A DNA stretch of 64,000 nt, from NCBI GenBank assembly GCA_965249705.1, contig CBDFMO010000016.1, positions 58,063 to 122,062 of the forward strand, read 5' to 3'. Source of the DNA: Sphingomonas sp. (GTDB lineage: Bacteria; Pseudomonadota; Alphaproteobacteria; Sphingomonadales; Sphingomonadaceae). Made by a program: the position numbers and the translations under genes. The notes under the pieces were generated by a model. The model saw nothing but the letters and a program-made list of their open reading frames with translations, was not told the origin of the DNA and searched no databases. Of this stretch, positions 28,831 through 46,213 are shown piece by piece (positions within the stretch are counted from its first letter, which is position 1; every line of letters starts with the position of its first letter).

Positions 28831-29748
28831 TCAGGCGGTGAATACCTCGCGACAGGCATTCGCGGTAACCAGTCGATCGGCCAAAGCGACCGCCGACTGT
28901 GCATCGGCTGCCGTTCCATCGGCACCGACACGAAGGGCAAGCTGGGGATCGTCCATCAGGACGCGGCCGCCAAGCAATATGCATAGCCGTGGATTTCTCG
29001 ATACACTGCGTATCGCCAGAATCAGCGACGGCAGGCGCTCCGTATGAGCGTCGAGACTGACGGTCAAGCCGACGAGGTCGTAACGTGCTGATGCAACGGC
29101 ACTGAGCAGTGCCCCCTGCTGGGCATCGAGCAGCAGCTCGGTCGACCAGCCCGCCCGCCGGAAGATATCCTCGACGATCACCGTCCCGAAATTATGCTGT
29201 TCGCCCGGCATCGCCGAGAAGACCGCGCGAAAGCCGTCGGACGGACGGGCTGCGCGGACCGGCACGCGGGCCGACAGCTCGCGAACGACTTCCTGGAGGC
29301 GCCACAGACCCATGGTCACGTCGACGAAATCGCAGTCGTCCTGCTCCCACATGATGCCCAGCCGTCGGGCGGCTGGCGCAAGGATGTTGATGAGGATCGA
29401 TTCGATTTCGGTGCCGCTCGTCAGCATGGCATCGAGCCGGGCAAGGATTTCTTCGGCATCGGCATCGATGGCGAGCGCAGCGAACGCCATCGCTTCATCC
29501 TGCCAGTTGCGCGCGTCGCGAACCGGCGCCGGGTCGCCGTGGTGCGCCTCGACGACATGGGGAATCACGGCCTGTTCAATCAGTTCGGCAAGCGGCCCCA
29601 TCGCCTGCCGGTGCGATTGCGAGGTGGCGAGGGTGAGCGCGGGAACGGGATGCTGCGGTTGAATCGGCTCCGGCGCACGCTTCCGCCGCCCGACGAACTC
29701 CGGAAGGAGGGCTCGTGCCTGCTCCATTATCCCGGCAACCGATGCCAT
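28831..29748 (-). CDS. ppaA: Cobalamin-binding antirepressor PpaA/AerR
   Basis: WEQDDCDFVDVT, PGEQHNFG (ExHxxG B12 motif), LLGGR; directly upstream of ppsR. Confidence 0.9.
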   Translation of the reverse strand: MASVAGIMEQARALLPEFVGRRKRAPEPIQPQHPVPALTLATSQSHRQAMGPLAELIEQAVIPHVVEAHHGDPAPVRDARNWQDEAMAFAALAIDADAEEILARLDAMLTSGTEIESILINILAPAARRLGIMWEQDDCDFVDVTMGLWRLQEVVRELSARVPVRAARPSDGFRAVFSAMPGEQHNFGTVIVEDIFRRAGWSTELLLDAQQGALLSAVASARYDLVGLTVSLDAHTERLPSLILAIRSVSRNPRLCILLGGRVLMDDPQLALRVGADGTAADAQSAVALADRLVTANACREVFTA

Positions 29749-29892
29749 TCCGGTTCTCCCGACCCGGCCGAGCCGCAAACGATATCGCGACTTCTCATTA
29801 GATGGCTTTGTCCCCACCATCCCAGCGACTCGGATGCTATGCCTGTTCAGATTAATTGGCAATCACCCGACACCGGAGGCGCTGAAAAAAAC

Positions 29893-29926
29893 TGTCATCT
29901 TTGTTTTACGTCAAAAAGATTTGACA
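29893..29926. promoter_or_regulatory. Two overlapping PpsR-like operators in the ppaA/bchF divergent region
   Basis: TGTCATCTTTGTTTTACG (29893-29910) and CGTCAAAAAGATTTGACA (29909-29926). Confidence 0.7.
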
Positions 29927-29980
29927 CTTCTGAGACGCCGGTACAGTCTCCCCCATCGAGTGGAGAGGCGTGTCGCAACC

Positions 29981-31749
<1,769 letters not shown>

Positions 31750-31751
31750 CC

Positions 31752-33309
31752 ATGCAATTGGCCGTTTGGACATATGAAGGCCCCCCGCATGTCGGGGCCA
31801 TGCGCGTCGCGACGGCGATGACCGATGTCCATTACGTCCTGCATGCGCCGCAGGGCGACACCTATGCCGACCTGCTGTTCACGATGATCGAGCGGCGCGG
31901 GGCGCGGCCGCCGGTGACCTATACGACGTTCCAGGCGCGCGACCTGGGCAAGGACACCGCCGAGCTGTTCCAGTCGTCGGCCCGCGATGCCTATGACCGG
32001 TTCAAGCCGGCGGCGATGCTTGTCGGCGCGTCGTGCACCGCCGAACTGATCCAGGACGATCCTGCCGGCCTCGTCGATGCGATGGACCTGCCCTGCCCCG
32101 TCGTCGCGCTCGAACTGCCGAGCTATAGCCGCAAGGAAAACTGGGGCGCGGGCGAAACCTTTTACCAGCTCGTCCGCAAGCTGGCCGACCGCGACATCGT
32201 GCGGCCGCCGGTCGAGGGGCGTCGCCTGCGCGCCAATCTGCTCGGGCCGACCGCGCTCGGTTTCCGCCACCGCGACGACGTGATCGAAGTGACGGCGCTG
32301 CTCGACTCGGTCGGGGTCGATGTCCATATGGTCGCCCCGCTGGGGGCGAGTGCGGCGCAGATTGCCGACATCGGTTCGGCCGATTTCAACGTGCTGCTCT
32401 ATCCCGAGATCGGCGACACGGCGGCACGCTGGCTGGAACGGACCTTCCGCCAGCCGCTCGTGCGCACCATTCCGATCGGGCACGGCGCGACAGCCGAGTT
32501 CGTTCGCGAAATCGCGGCGCTCGCCGGCACCGATCCCGAGCCCGCCCTTGCCGCCGCCCAGTCGCGGATGCCCTGGTGGTCGCGTTCGGTCGATTCCAAC
32601 TATCTGACCGGCAAGCGCGTCTTCATTTTCGGGGACGCGACCCATGCCATTGCCGCGGCACGCGTGGCGCACGAGGAACTGGGCTTCGAGGTCGTCGGCC
32701 TCGGCTGCTACAACCGCGAATTTGCGCGCGACCTGCGCGAGGCCGCCGCCAGATACGGCGTCGAGCCGCTGATCACCGACGACCATATGGAAGTCGAGGA
32801 CGCGATCATCGCCGCCGCGCCCGAGCTGGTGCTCGGCAGCCAGATGGAGCGCCACATCGCCAAGCGCCTGCGGATTTCGTGCGCGGTGATCTCGGCGCCG
32901 GTCCATGTCCAGGACTTTCCGGCGCGGCACAGCCCGCAAATGGGATGGGAAGGCGCGAACGTCCTGTTCGACAGCTGGGTCCACCCGCTGACGATGGGGC
33001 TGGAAGAGCATCTGCTGGCGATGTTCCGCGACGATTTCGAGTTCAGCGATGCCAATGGCGCGAGCCATCATGGGGCGGTGGGCCATGCGCCACAGGCGCC
33101 GGCGGCAACCGAAGCGCTGATCGAAGCCGAGACGGTGGTTCTGGAGCCCGTGGAGGCGGGCAACATCTGGACGGCCGAGGCCGAACAGGAGCTCCGCAAG
33201 ATCCCGTTCTTCGTGCGGGGCAAGGCACGCAAGAATACCGAACGGTTCGCCGCCGAACAGGGGCTTGCCGCGATCTCGCTCAACACGCTGTACGAGGCAA
33301 AGGCGCATT

Positions 33310-33320
<11 letters not shown>
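31752..33320 (+). CDS. bchB: Dark-operative protochlorophyllide reductase subunit B
   Basis: [25 protein letters not shown]-terminal PCP-red domain [15 protein letters not shown]. Confidence 0.96.
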
Positions 33321-37809
<4,489 letters not shown>

Positions 37810-37810
<1 letters not shown>

Positions 37811-38490
37811 TGGCTTCGGCGACCTACGACCTTTATCGCGCGCGGCTCGAGACCTATTTCGACCGCACGGCGATGGACGCGTGGGCGCGCCTGACGTCGG
37901 ATGCCCCGGTCAGCGGCATCCGCGCCACCGTCCGCAAGGGCCGCGACGCGATGCACGCCACGCTGATGGGGTGGCTGCCCGACAACATGACCGGCCTACG
38001 CCTGCTCGACGCGGGCTGCGGCACGGGGGCGCTGGCCATCGCCGCGGCCCGGCGCGGTGCCAGCGTCGTTGCCATCGACGTGTCGGCCAGCCTGATCGAC
38101 ATCGCGCGCGACCGCGCCCCCGCCGGCCTCGACATCGACTGGCAGGTCGGCGACATGCTCGACCCCACGCTCGGCGCCTTTCATCACGTGATCGCGATGG
38201 ACTCGCTGATCCACTACAAGACGGCGGACATCATCGCGGCGGTCGAGACGCTGCGTGCGCGCACGAGCGGGTCGGTCCTCGTCACGTTCGCGCCGCGCAC
38301 GCCGATGCTGACCGTCATGCACACCGCCGGCCTGATGTTCCCGCGCAGCGACCGGGCACCGGCGATCATCCCGGTGACCGAGAGCAAGCTGCGCGGCCAT
38401 TTCGGCGCCGCCGCGCTGCGCGGCCAGCGGATCAGCAGCGGCTTCTACAAGAGCCATGCGCTCGAAGTGAGCGGGAGGTCGATGGCATGA
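37810..38490 (+). CDS. bchM: Magnesium protoporphyrin IX methyltransferase
   Basis: YFDRTA, SAM motif LLDAGCGTG, MDSLIHY, FPRSDRAP, ISSGFY. Confidence 0.95.
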
Positions 38491-39863
38491 AGGTCGTGGG
38501 CCGCGCCGCCATGTGGAACCGCATCGGAACACGCTTCCTGCCGTTCGCCGACGCGGCCACGCCGGAGCTGCCACTGTCGCGCCTGCTGCGCCTGTCGCTG
38601 TTCCAGATTTCGGTCGGCATGTGTGCCGTCCTGCTGACGGGCACGCTCAACCGCGTGATGATCGTCGAGCTCGGCCTGCCCGCCTGGGTCGTCTCTGCCA
38701 TGGTGTCGCTGCCGCTGCTGTTCGCGCCGCTGCGCGCGCTGATCGGGCACAAGTCGGACCATCACCGCTCGGTGCTCGGCTGGAAGCGCGTTCCCTATAT
38801 CTGGTTCGGCACCCTGCTGCAGTTCGGTGGCCTTGCGATCATGCCATTCGCGCTGCTGGTGATGACGCTGGACAATGGCGGCGCGATCGTGGGCGAGATC
38901 GGCGCAGCCTTTGCCTTCCTGATGGTCGGCGCCGGCATGCACACGACGCAGACCGCAGGCCTGGCGCTCGCGACCGACCTTGCCGACGAAGAGACCGCGC
39001 CGCGCGTCGTCGCGCTGCTCTATGTCATGCTGCTCGTGGGCATGATGGTGAGCGCCATCGTCATCGGCCGGGTGCTCGCCGACTATACGCCGACCCGCCT
39101 TGCGCAGGTGGTGCAGGGCACGGCCTTGCTGACCGTGATCTTCAACGTGACGGCGCTCTGGAAGCAGGAGGCCCGCTCGCGGGTCCGCATCACGACGCCG
39201 GCCCCCGATTTCGGCGCGGAATGGCGGCGGTTCATCACCGAAGGGCGCAATTTGCGGCTGCTGGTCGCGGTCGGCCTGGGCGCCGCGGCCTTTGCCATGC
39301 AGGACGTGCTCCTCGAACCCTATGGCGGACAGATGCTGCACCTGTCGGTCGGCGCGACGACGTCGCTGACCGCGCTCTGGGCGACGGGCACGCTGCTTGC
39401 CTTTGCACTGGCGGCCCGCGCGCTGAGCGGCGGCGGCGAACCGCATCGCCTCGCCGGGTTCGGCTGCGTCGGGGGCGTGGCGGCCTTTGCGATGATCATT
39501 TTCGCGGCACCGGCACACAGCCCCGTGCTGCTGGGCGTGGGTGCGGCGCTGATGGGCTTCGGCGGCGGCCTGTTCTCGGTGGGCACGCTGACCGCGACGA
39601 TGCAATTGTCGCAGGACGGCAAGCGCTCGGGCCTGGCGCTCGGCGCCTGGGGTGCCGTCCAGGCGAGTTGCGCCGGGACCGCCATCGCGGTGGGCGGCCT
39701 GGTTCGCGATGCCATCGGCTCGTCGGGCTATGCCACTGTCTACTCCGCTGAAATCGTCTTGCTGATCCTGACCCTGATTGCCGTGGGACCGCTCGTGCGC
39801 CCCACGTCCGAGTTCGTCGCGCGTACCAAACGGCCATTCGGCCTCGCCGAATTTCCGGCCTGA
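38487..39863 (+). CDS. lhaA: LH1 assembly protein LhaA (PucC family)
   Basis: LPFADAATPELPLSRLLRLSLFQ, GWKRVPYIWFG, LGAWGAVQA; between bchM and puhA. Confidence 0.92.
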   Translation: MKVVGRAAMWNRIGTRFLPFADAATPELPLSRLLRLSLFQISVGMCAVLLTGTLNRVMIVELGLPAWVVSAMVSLPLLFAPLRALIGHKSDHHRSVLGWKRVPYIWFGTLLQFGGLAIMPFALLVMTLDNGGAIVGEIGAAFAFLMVGAGMHTTQTAGLALATDLADEETAPRVVALLYVMLLVGMMVSAIVIGRVLADYTPTRLAQVVQGTALLTVIFNVTALWKQEARSRVRITTPAPDFGAEWRRFITEGRNLRLLVAVGLGAAAFAMQDVLLEPYGGQMLHLSVGATTSLTALWATGTLLAFALAARALSGGGEPHRLAGFGCVGGVAAFAMIIFAAPAHSPVLLGVGAALMGFGGGLFSVGTLTATMQLSQDGKRSGLALGAWGAVQASCAGTAIAVGGLVRDAIGSSGYATVYSAEIVLLILTLIAVGPLVRPTSEFVARTKRPFGLAEFPA

Positions 39864-39881
39864 AAACGAAAGGAAACGCCC

Positions 39882-40637
39882 ATGTCACCCGTTATTGCAG
39901 GGAACATCGATGTGGCACTGCTCACCTTCTACGCGTTCGTGCTGTTCTTTGTCGGACTCGTCATCCACCTGAACCGCGAGAGCCGCCGCGAGGGCTTCCC
40001 GCTCGAGGATGATTTCGGCGGCAAGCTGCACAGCCGCGCGCTGGTCCAGGATGCCAGCCCCAAGATCTTCCGCCTGCCCTTCGGCCGGGGCACCCGCTCC
40101 ACCGCCGATTATCCGCGCGAGCCGATCGACCTGCCGGTGGCGCGCGAGCGCTTTCCCGGCTCACCGCTGCGCCCGACCGGCAATCCGCTGGTCGACGGCA
40201 TCGGGCCGGCCGCCTGGGCGAACCGGGCAAAAGTGCCGGATCTCGACGTCGAAGGCCATGCGCGCATCGTGCCCTTGTCCTCGACTGGGGATTACTGGCT
40301 CGACCGGCGCGACCGTGATCCGCGCGGCATGAAGGTGATCGCGGCCGGAGGCGATGTCGCCGGCACGGTCAGCGACGTCTGGATCGACAAGGCCGACCGG
40401 CTGATCCGATACCTGAGCGTCGATACCGGCACACGCACGGTGCTTGCGCCGATGACGATGGCCAAGATCGGCAAGGGACGCGTGCTCATCGACGCGATCA
40501 CGGCGGCGCAATATGCCGACGCGCCCGCAATCGAGGGGCCGAATACGATCACGCTGTACGAGGAAGAGCGCGTGCAAGCCTATTTCGGGGGCGGCTATCT
40601 CTATGCCACCGCCGACCGCCAGGAGCCGCTGCTGTGA
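39882..40637 (+). CDS. puhA: Reaction centre H subunit
   Basis: N-terminal TM, RESRREGFPL, PTGNPLVDGIGPAAW, PRC barrel, ITLYEEERV. Confidence 0.96.
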   Translation: MSPVIAGNIDVALLTFYAFVLFFVGLVIHLNRESRREGFPLEDDFGGKLHSRALVQDASPKIFRLPFGRGTRSTADYPREPIDLPVARERFPGSPLRPTGNPLVDGIGPAAWANRAKVPDLDVEGHARIVPLSSTGDYWLDRRDRDPRGMKVIAAGGDVAGTVSDVWIDKADRLIRYLSVDTGTRTVLAPMTMAKIGKGRVLIDAITAAQYADAPAIEGPNTITLYEEERVQAYFGGGYLYATADRQEPLL

Positions 40638-41248
40638 TCGTCGAGCATGACGTCGAACCGATCCGCGGGCTGCCGGGCGACCTGCCGCAGGGCGAACGGA
40701 TCCTGTGGCAGGGATCGCCCGATGCGTGGCGGATCGCCGTCCATGCCTATCATGTCCGCAGCATCGCGATCTATTTCGCGCTGCTCGCAGGCTGGGGTGC
40801 GGTCGGCGCGCTGCGCGGGGCCAACAGCTGGACGGGCACGTTGGTGACGCTGGCCGTCGGCGCACTCGGGCTCGCCGTCGTCGGCGCGATCGCCTGGGGG
40901 GCATCGCGGACGACCGTCTATACGCTGACCAACAAGCGCATCGTGCTGCGGTTCGGCATCGCGCTGCCCAAGTGCGTCAACCTGCCACTGGGCACGATCG
41001 CCGCGGCCGACCTGGCGATGCAGGGCAAGGGGATCGGCGATATCGCGCTGCGCCTGACCGAGCAGCAGAGGCTCGGCTGGATGCAGCTGTGGCCGCACGC
41101 GCGGCCCTGGGCGCTGACCGAAGTGCAGCCGATGCTGCGCAGCATTCCGGAAGCCGAAAATGTCGCGGGCCTGCTCGCCCGCACGGTCGGCGCGGCGCAG
41201 GGGACACCGGTTTCGGCCAGGCCGCCGGTGCTGGCGGTGGCGGCATGA
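40634..41248 (+). CDS. puhB: Photosynthetic complex assembly protein PuhB
   Basis: EPIRGLPGDLPQGERILWQG, TTVYTLTNKRIVLRFG, LWPHARPW. Confidence 0.92.
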   Translation: MIVEHDVEPIRGLPGDLPQGERILWQGSPDAWRIAVHAYHVRSIAIYFALLAGWGAVGALRGANSWTGTLVTLAVGALGLAVVGAIAWGASRTTVYTLTNKRIVLRFGIALPKCVNLPLGTIAAADLAMQGKGIGDIALRLTEQQRLGWMQLWPHARPWALTEVQPMLRSIPEAENVAGLLARTVGAAQGTPVSARPPVLAVAA

Positions 41249-41715
41249 GCCTTGTCCACAACCATCACGAGCGCCCCTTTCCCAAAGGCGCGCTGTGGTT
41301 CGTCGCGGCAGTCGTCACCTTCACGATGATGTCGGCTGGCGCCGTGCGGCTCGGCTATGCGCCGGTGTCGGCATCGCCTGTATTGTTGCGGCAGGCCGAG
41401 CATCTGAAGCCGCTGGTGACGCGCGACCTGAGCTTTGCCGATCGTGCCGACGGGGGCCTCGTCATCACAAACACCGGCACCGGCAAAATCGTCAAGACCA
41501 TCGTGCCCGGCGAGCCGAGCGGTTTCATCCGCGGCGTGGTGCGCAGCATGGGGCGCGAGCGGCGGATGCATCATGTCGGCCCGAGCGCGCCGTTCCGCGT
41601 GGCGTCCTGGCCCGATGGCGAGCTGTCGCTCACCGACACCTTCACGGGCCGCGTCATCGAGCTGAACTCGTTCGGTTCGACGAACCGCGCCTCCTTTGCC
41701 GAGCTGCTGAAATGA
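41245..41715 (+). CDS. puhC: Photosynthetic complex assembly protein PuhC
   Basis: N-terminal [29 protein letters not shown]. Confidence 0.9.
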   Translation: MSLVHNHHERPFPKGALWFVAAVVTFTMMSAGAVRLGYAPVSASPVLLRQAEHLKPLVTRDLSFADRADGGLVITNTGTGKIVKTIVPGEPSGFIRGVVRSMGRERRMHHVGPSAPFRVASWPDGELSLTDTFTGRVIELNSFGSTNRASFAELLK

Positions 41716-42008
41716 GCCGCAGCTTCGACACGCCCTGCACCGTCGAGGTCGAACACGGCTTCGACCATCTGCATGCGCATGTCGAACTCGACGGCGACGT
41801 CCAGATCTTCCCGGGCGACAAGGTGCGCGTCCATGGCGCGTCGATCCGGCTGCCCTATGGCGAGCGGCTCGTCGAGCACCGCATGGCGACCGTGACGCGG
41901 GCAACGCCGCTCGGCCGTTTGTTGACCAGGCTCAAAGCGCGGTTCGAGATCACCGAGCTATACGAACTCAGCTTTTCCAATGCCACCGACCTGAGGGGCG
42001 CGCGATGA
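41712..42008 (+). CDS. Hypothetical protein between puhC and acsF
   Basis: [28 protein letters not shown]...ELYELSF; ATGA overlaps at both ends. Confidence 0.8.
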   Translation: MSRSFDTPCTVEVEHGFDHLHAHVELDGDVQIFPGDKVRVHGASIRLPYGERLVEHRMATVTRATPLGRLLTRLKARFEITELYELSFSNATDLRGAR

Positions 42009-43048
42009 ACGACATGACGCACAACTTCACGAAAGACGACGCGCACGCGATCGCCACGCAGGACACGGTGCTCAGCCCGCGCTTCTACACGACCGATTTC
42101 GACGCGATGGACCGGCTCGACGTGTCGCTCGTGCGCCGCGAATGGGACGCGCTGATCGCCGAGATGACCGCCGATCCGAACAAGGAGCATTTCAAGAAGA
42201 GTGAAAGCTTCGAAGGGCTGATCGATGCGATGGAGCCGGAGCTGCGGCGCGAATTCGTCGATTTCCTGGTGTCGTCGCTGACCTCGGAATTCTCGGGCTG
42301 CATTCTTTACGCCGAGATCGCCAAGCGGACGAAGAACCCCGATGCCAAGGCGCTCTACAAGCTGATGGCGCGCGACGAGAGCCGGCATGCGGGCTTCATC
42401 AACGACAGCCTGAAGGATGCCGGGATCGGCATCGACCTGAGCTTCCTGACGAAGACCAAGAAATACACGTTCTTCAAGCCGAAGTTCATTTACTACGCGA
42501 CATACCTGTCCGAGAAGATCGGCTATGCGCGGTACATCACGATCTTCCGCCACCTGCAGCGCAACCCGGACCGGATGATCCACCCGATCTTCAACTGGTT
42601 CGAGCAATGGTGCAACGACGAGTTCCGCCATGGCGAGGCATTTGCGCTGGTCATGCGGTCGGACCCCAAGCTGCTGACGGGGCTGAACAAATTGTGGATC
42701 CGGTTCTTCCTCGTCGCGGTCTATGCGACGATGTACGTGCGCGACCATGCGCGGCCGCATTTCCACGCGGCGCTCGGCATCGACCCGACCGAATACGACT
42801 ATACGGTGTTCCGCACCTGCTCGACGATCACGCGCCAGGTCTTCCCGGTGGTGCTCGACAGCGACAATCCGGCGTTCCGCGCGCGCATGGAAGCGATCCG
42901 CCTCGCGCATGTCGAAGGCCAGAGCGCCGGCGCGCTCGGCCGCTTCGCCAGCAAGCTGCGCATCGGCTACCACATGACGCGCCTCTATTTCATGCCGACG
43001 GAGCGCAACGCGGTGCCCGCCAAGGTCCGGCTGGTGCCCGCCTGGTGA
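42005..43048 (+). CDS. acsF: Aerobic Mg-protoporphyrin IX monomethyl ester oxidative cyclase
   Basis: [10 protein letters not shown], di-iron motifs [22 protein letters not shown]. Confidence 0.97.
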   Translation: MNDMTHNFTKDDAHAIATQDTVLSPRFYTTDFDAMDRLDVSLVRREWDALIAEMTADPNKEHFKKSESFEGLIDAMEPELRREFVDFLVSSLTSEFSGCILYAEIAKRTKNPDAKALYKLMARDESRHAGFINDSLKDAGIGIDLSFLTKTKKYTFFKPKFIYYATYLSEKIGYARYITIFRHLQRNPDRMIHPIFNWFEQWCNDEFRHGEAFALVMRSDPKLLTGLNKLWIRFFLVAVYATMYVRDHARPHFHAALGIDPTEYDYTVFRTCSTITRQVFPVVLDSDNPAFRARMEAIRLAHVEGQSAGALGRFASKLRIGYHMTRLYFMPTERNAVPAKVRLVPAW

Positions 43049-43842
43049 GCCCAGCATTGAGCCTTGGGGGTCATATCCTGCCGCTGGTCTTCGTGGCGCT
43101 GCTGTGGTTCGCGTCCACGGCGCTCGTCGTCTGGCTCGACAACCGTCCGCGCGTCAGCTTCACCAACAGCCTGACGATCACTGGCATGGCCGCGCTGTTC
43201 GGCGTCGGCATCATCGCGGCCGCCGCGCCCTCGGCATCGCTGCTGGCGACCTATGCCTCGTTCGTCGCGGCGTTCGCGGTCTGGGGCTGGCACGAGCTGA
43301 GCTTCCTGACCGGCACGACCACCGGCCCCCGGCGTGAGCCCTGCCCTGCCGATGCCAGAGGATGGCAGCGCTTTCGCCTGTCCGCCGCCACCGTCATCCA
43401 CCACGAGCTTGCGCTCGTCGCTACGCTCGCGCTCCTGATCGTGCTGACATGGGGCAGCGCGAACCCGACCGGTGCCTATGCCTTTGCCGTGCTGTTTGGC
43501 ATGCGGCTGTCGACAAAGCTCAACGTCTTCCTGGGCGTGCCCAATTTCTCGACGGAGATCCTGCCGCCGCAATTGGCCTATCTCAAAAGCTATTTCCGCA
43601 AACGCGCCTTCAATGCGCTGATGCCGATGTCGCTCGCGCTGGGGGCCGTCGTGACCCTGTTGCTGGCGCGGACCGCGCTGGCCTCGACGGGCGATGCGGC
43701 GGTGATCTGGTCGCTCTTGACCGGCCTCGCCTTGCTGGGCGTGCTCGAACACCTGTTTCTTGTGCTGCCGTTCCGCGACAGCGCGCTCTGGCGCTGGGCC
43801 CTGCCGCAAGGCGGGTCCGCAGCGCCTATAAAAGAACTCTGA
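43045..43842 (+). CDS. puhE: Photosynthetic complex assembly protein PuhE
   Basis: [40 protein letters not shown]; GTG start overlapping the acsF stop. Confidence 0.9.
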   Translation: MSPALSLGGHILPLVFVALLWFASTALVVWLDNRPRVSFTNSLTITGMAALFGVGIIAAAAPSASLLATYASFVAAFAVWGWHELSFLTGTTTGPRREPCPADARGWQRFRLSAATVIHHELALVATLALLIVLTWGSANPTGAYAFAVLFGMRLSTKLNVFLGVPNFSTEILPPQLAYLKSYFRKRAFNALMPMSLALGAVVTLLLARTALASTGDAAVIWSLLTGLALLGVLEHLFLVLPFRDSALWRWALPQGGSAAPIKEL

Positions 43843-43854
43843 GGGGAGGCTCTG

Positions 43855-45078
43855 ATGAACTACGATGCCCTGTTCGCCGAACAGCTCGATACCTTGCGCG
43901 AAGCCGGCAATTACCGGGTCTTTGCCGAGATCGAACGCAAGAAAGGCGAATTCCCCCGGGCGCGCCGCTATGACGCGAACGGCGAGATCGGCGAAGTCAC
44001 CGTCTGGTGCTCGAACGACTATCTCGGCATGGGCCAGCACCCCAAGGTGCTCGAAGCGATGCACGACACGCTCGACAGCTGCGGCGCGGGCGCCGGCGGC
44101 ACGCGCAACATCAGCGGCACCAACCACCAGCACGTCCTGCTCGAGCGCGAGCTCGCCGACCTGCACGGCAAGGAATCGGCATTACTCTTCACCAGCGGCT
44201 ATGTGTCGAACTGGGCCGCGCTCGGCACGCTCGCCGCGCGCATGCCCAATTGCGTCGTCCTCTCCGACGCACTCAATCATGCCTCGATGATCGAAGGCAT
44301 CCGCCACAGTCGCGCCGAGTGCCTGCGCTTCCGCCACAACGACGTCGCGCACCTCGACGAATTGCTGAGCCAGGTCGAACCGGGCCGGCCCAAGCTCGTC
44401 GCGTTCGAAAGCGTCTATTCGATGGACGGCGACATCGCCCCCATCGCCGAGATCCTCGACGTCTGCGAAAAGCATGGCGCGCTCAGCTATATCGACGAAG
44501 TCCATGGCGTCGGCCTCTATGGGCCGCGCGGCGGCGGCGTTGCCGAGCGCGAAGGACTGATGGACCGGATCGACGTGATCGAAGGGACGCTGGGCAAGGC
44601 GTTCGGCGTGATGGGTGGCTATATCGCCGCATCGAAGAACCTGTGCGATTTCGTCCGCAGCTTTGCGAGCGGCTTCATCTTTTCGACGGCCCTGCCCCCG
44701 GCGATCGCGGCCGGGGCCGCGGCGTCCATCCGGCACCTCAAGGAAAGCCAGATCGAGCGCGTCCGGCACCAGAACCGGGTAAAGATTGTCCGCGAGCGCC
44801 TCGACGCGATGGGCATTCCCCATCTCGACAACCCGAGCCACATCATTCCCGTCATGGTCGGCGACGCACACCATGCCAAGATGATCAGCGACTGGCTGAT
44901 GGACAATCACGGCATCTATGTGCAGCCCATCAACTACCCGACCGTCCCCAAAGGCACCGAGCGCCTGCGGATCACGCCCTCGCCCGTGCACACCGATGGC
45001 GACATCGAGCGGCTGACGACGGCGCTGAGCGAGATCTGGAGCATGTGCGCGCTCGCGCGCACATCGATGGCGGCCTAG
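43855..45078 (+). CDS. hemA: 5-aminolevulinate synthase
   Basis: [39 protein letters not shown] Lys in GTLGKAFG. Confidence 0.97.
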   Translation: MNYDALFAEQLDTLREAGNYRVFAEIERKKGEFPRARRYDANGEIGEVTVWCSNDYLGMGQHPKVLEAMHDTLDSCGAGAGGTRNISGTNHQHVLLERELADLHGKESALLFTSGYVSNWAALGTLAARMPNCVVLSDALNHASMIEGIRHSRAECLRFRHNDVAHLDELLSQVEPGRPKLVAFESVYSMDGDIAPIAEILDVCEKHGALSYIDEVHGVGLYGPRGGGVAEREGLMDRIDVIEGTLGKAFGVMGGYIAASKNLCDFVRSFASGFIFSTALPPAIAAGAAASIRHLKESQIERVRHQNRVKIVRERLDAMGIPHLDNPSHIIPVMVGDAHHAKMISDWLMDNHGIYVQPINYPTVPKGTERLRITPSPVHTDGDIERLTTALSEIWSMCALARTSMAA

Positions 45079-45746
45079 CGCGGTACGGCGAACCAGATGA
45101 CATGGCGCGGGCCCTTGCCATTGGCACGGGCCCGGACGTTGACTTCTTCGACGACGAAGCCCCCCTCTGCCAGGCGCCGCGCGAACGCGGCATCCGGTGC
45201 GGCCGACCAGATCGCCAGTACACCGCCAGGCGACAGCGCCGCCTTCGCCGCTGCCAGACCTGCCCGCGAATAGATCCGGTCATTGTCAGCGCGGACCAGA
45301 CCATCCGGGCCATTGTCGACGTCGAGCAGGATTGCGTCGAACTGGCCGCGCGCTTCGCCGATCGCCAGCGCGACGTCGCGCATGTCGAGCCGGACGCGGG
45401 GATCGGCCAAGCAGCCCGCCGCCAGTTCGGCCATCGGGCCCTGCGCCCAGGCAATGATTTCCGGCACGAGTTCGGCGACCGTCACTTTCGCGGCCGCCGG
45501 CAACCGCGCCAGCGCCGCCCGGAGCGTAAAGCCCATGCCATAGCCCCCGATGAGGAGCCGGGGCGCCGGCGACGCGGCAAGGCGCTCGATCGTCATGTCT
45601 GCCAGTGCTTCCTCCGATCCGCTCATCCGGCTGTTCATCAGCTCGTTGCGATCGAGGACGATCATGAAGTCGTCGCCCCGGCGGAAAAGCCGCAGTGGCT
45701 CTCCTCCGGGGACAGGGGCGGTGTCGATCAACTCGCGGGGTATCAT
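45075..45746 (-). CDS. Spermidine-synthase-like SAM-dependent methyltransferase
   Basis: [44 protein letters not shown]. Confidence 0.8.
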   Translation of the reverse strand: MIPRELIDTAPVPGGEPLRLFRRGDDFMIVLDRNELMNSRMSGSEEALADMTIERLAASPAPRLLIGGYGMGFTLRAALARLPAAAKVTVAELVPEIIAWAQGPMAELAAGCLADPRVRLDMRDVALAIGEARGQFDAILLDVDNGPDGLVRADNDRIYSRAGLAAAKAALSPGGVLAIWSAAPDAAFARRLAEGGFVVEEVNVRARANGKGPRHVIWFAVPR

Positions 45747-45859
45747 CGGGCAGCGATAGGGAGGCGCGCGGCAAAACGCCATGCGTCACACCGGGCTTGC
45801 GCGAAATCGCTGTGCGACTATCAGCGCGCTTCATCCCTGACCAACCGGAACCGTATTTC

Positions 45860-46195
45860 ATGGCAGCGTTCAAACAGCCGACTTTCCAGGAGCGTGCCGC
45901 ACTGGCCGCCAAAGCCAAAGAGGCGGCGCTGGAAAAGCTGAAGGCGAAGCCGCCAGTCGACGAGGCCGAGCTGGCCGCCCGGCGCGAAGCCGCAGCGGCA
46001 AAAGCGGCGGCGCTGGCAAAGGCCAGCGAGGAAAAGCGGGCCGCGATCGAGGCAGAGAAAATCACCCGCAAGGAACGTGCTGCAGCGGCCGCCGCGGCGG
46101 CGCCTCCTCCCCCCAGGAAGCTTACGCCCGAGGAGCAAAAGGCGATCCGCGACGCGAAATACGCCGCCCGCAAGAACCGCGCGGGCAAGCGCTGA
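45860..46195 (+). CDS. Small Ala/Lys-rich protein (DUF6481-like)
   Basis: MAAFKQPTFQER...EQKAIRDAKYAARKNR. Confidence 0.7.
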   Translation: MAAFKQPTFQERAALAAKAKEAALEKLKAKPPVDEAELAARREAAAAKAAALAKASEEKRAAIEAEKITRKERAAAAAAAAPPPPRKLTPEEQKAIRDAKYAARKNRAGKR

Positions 46196-46213
46196 GGTCC
46201 GGCCGATCCCCTA

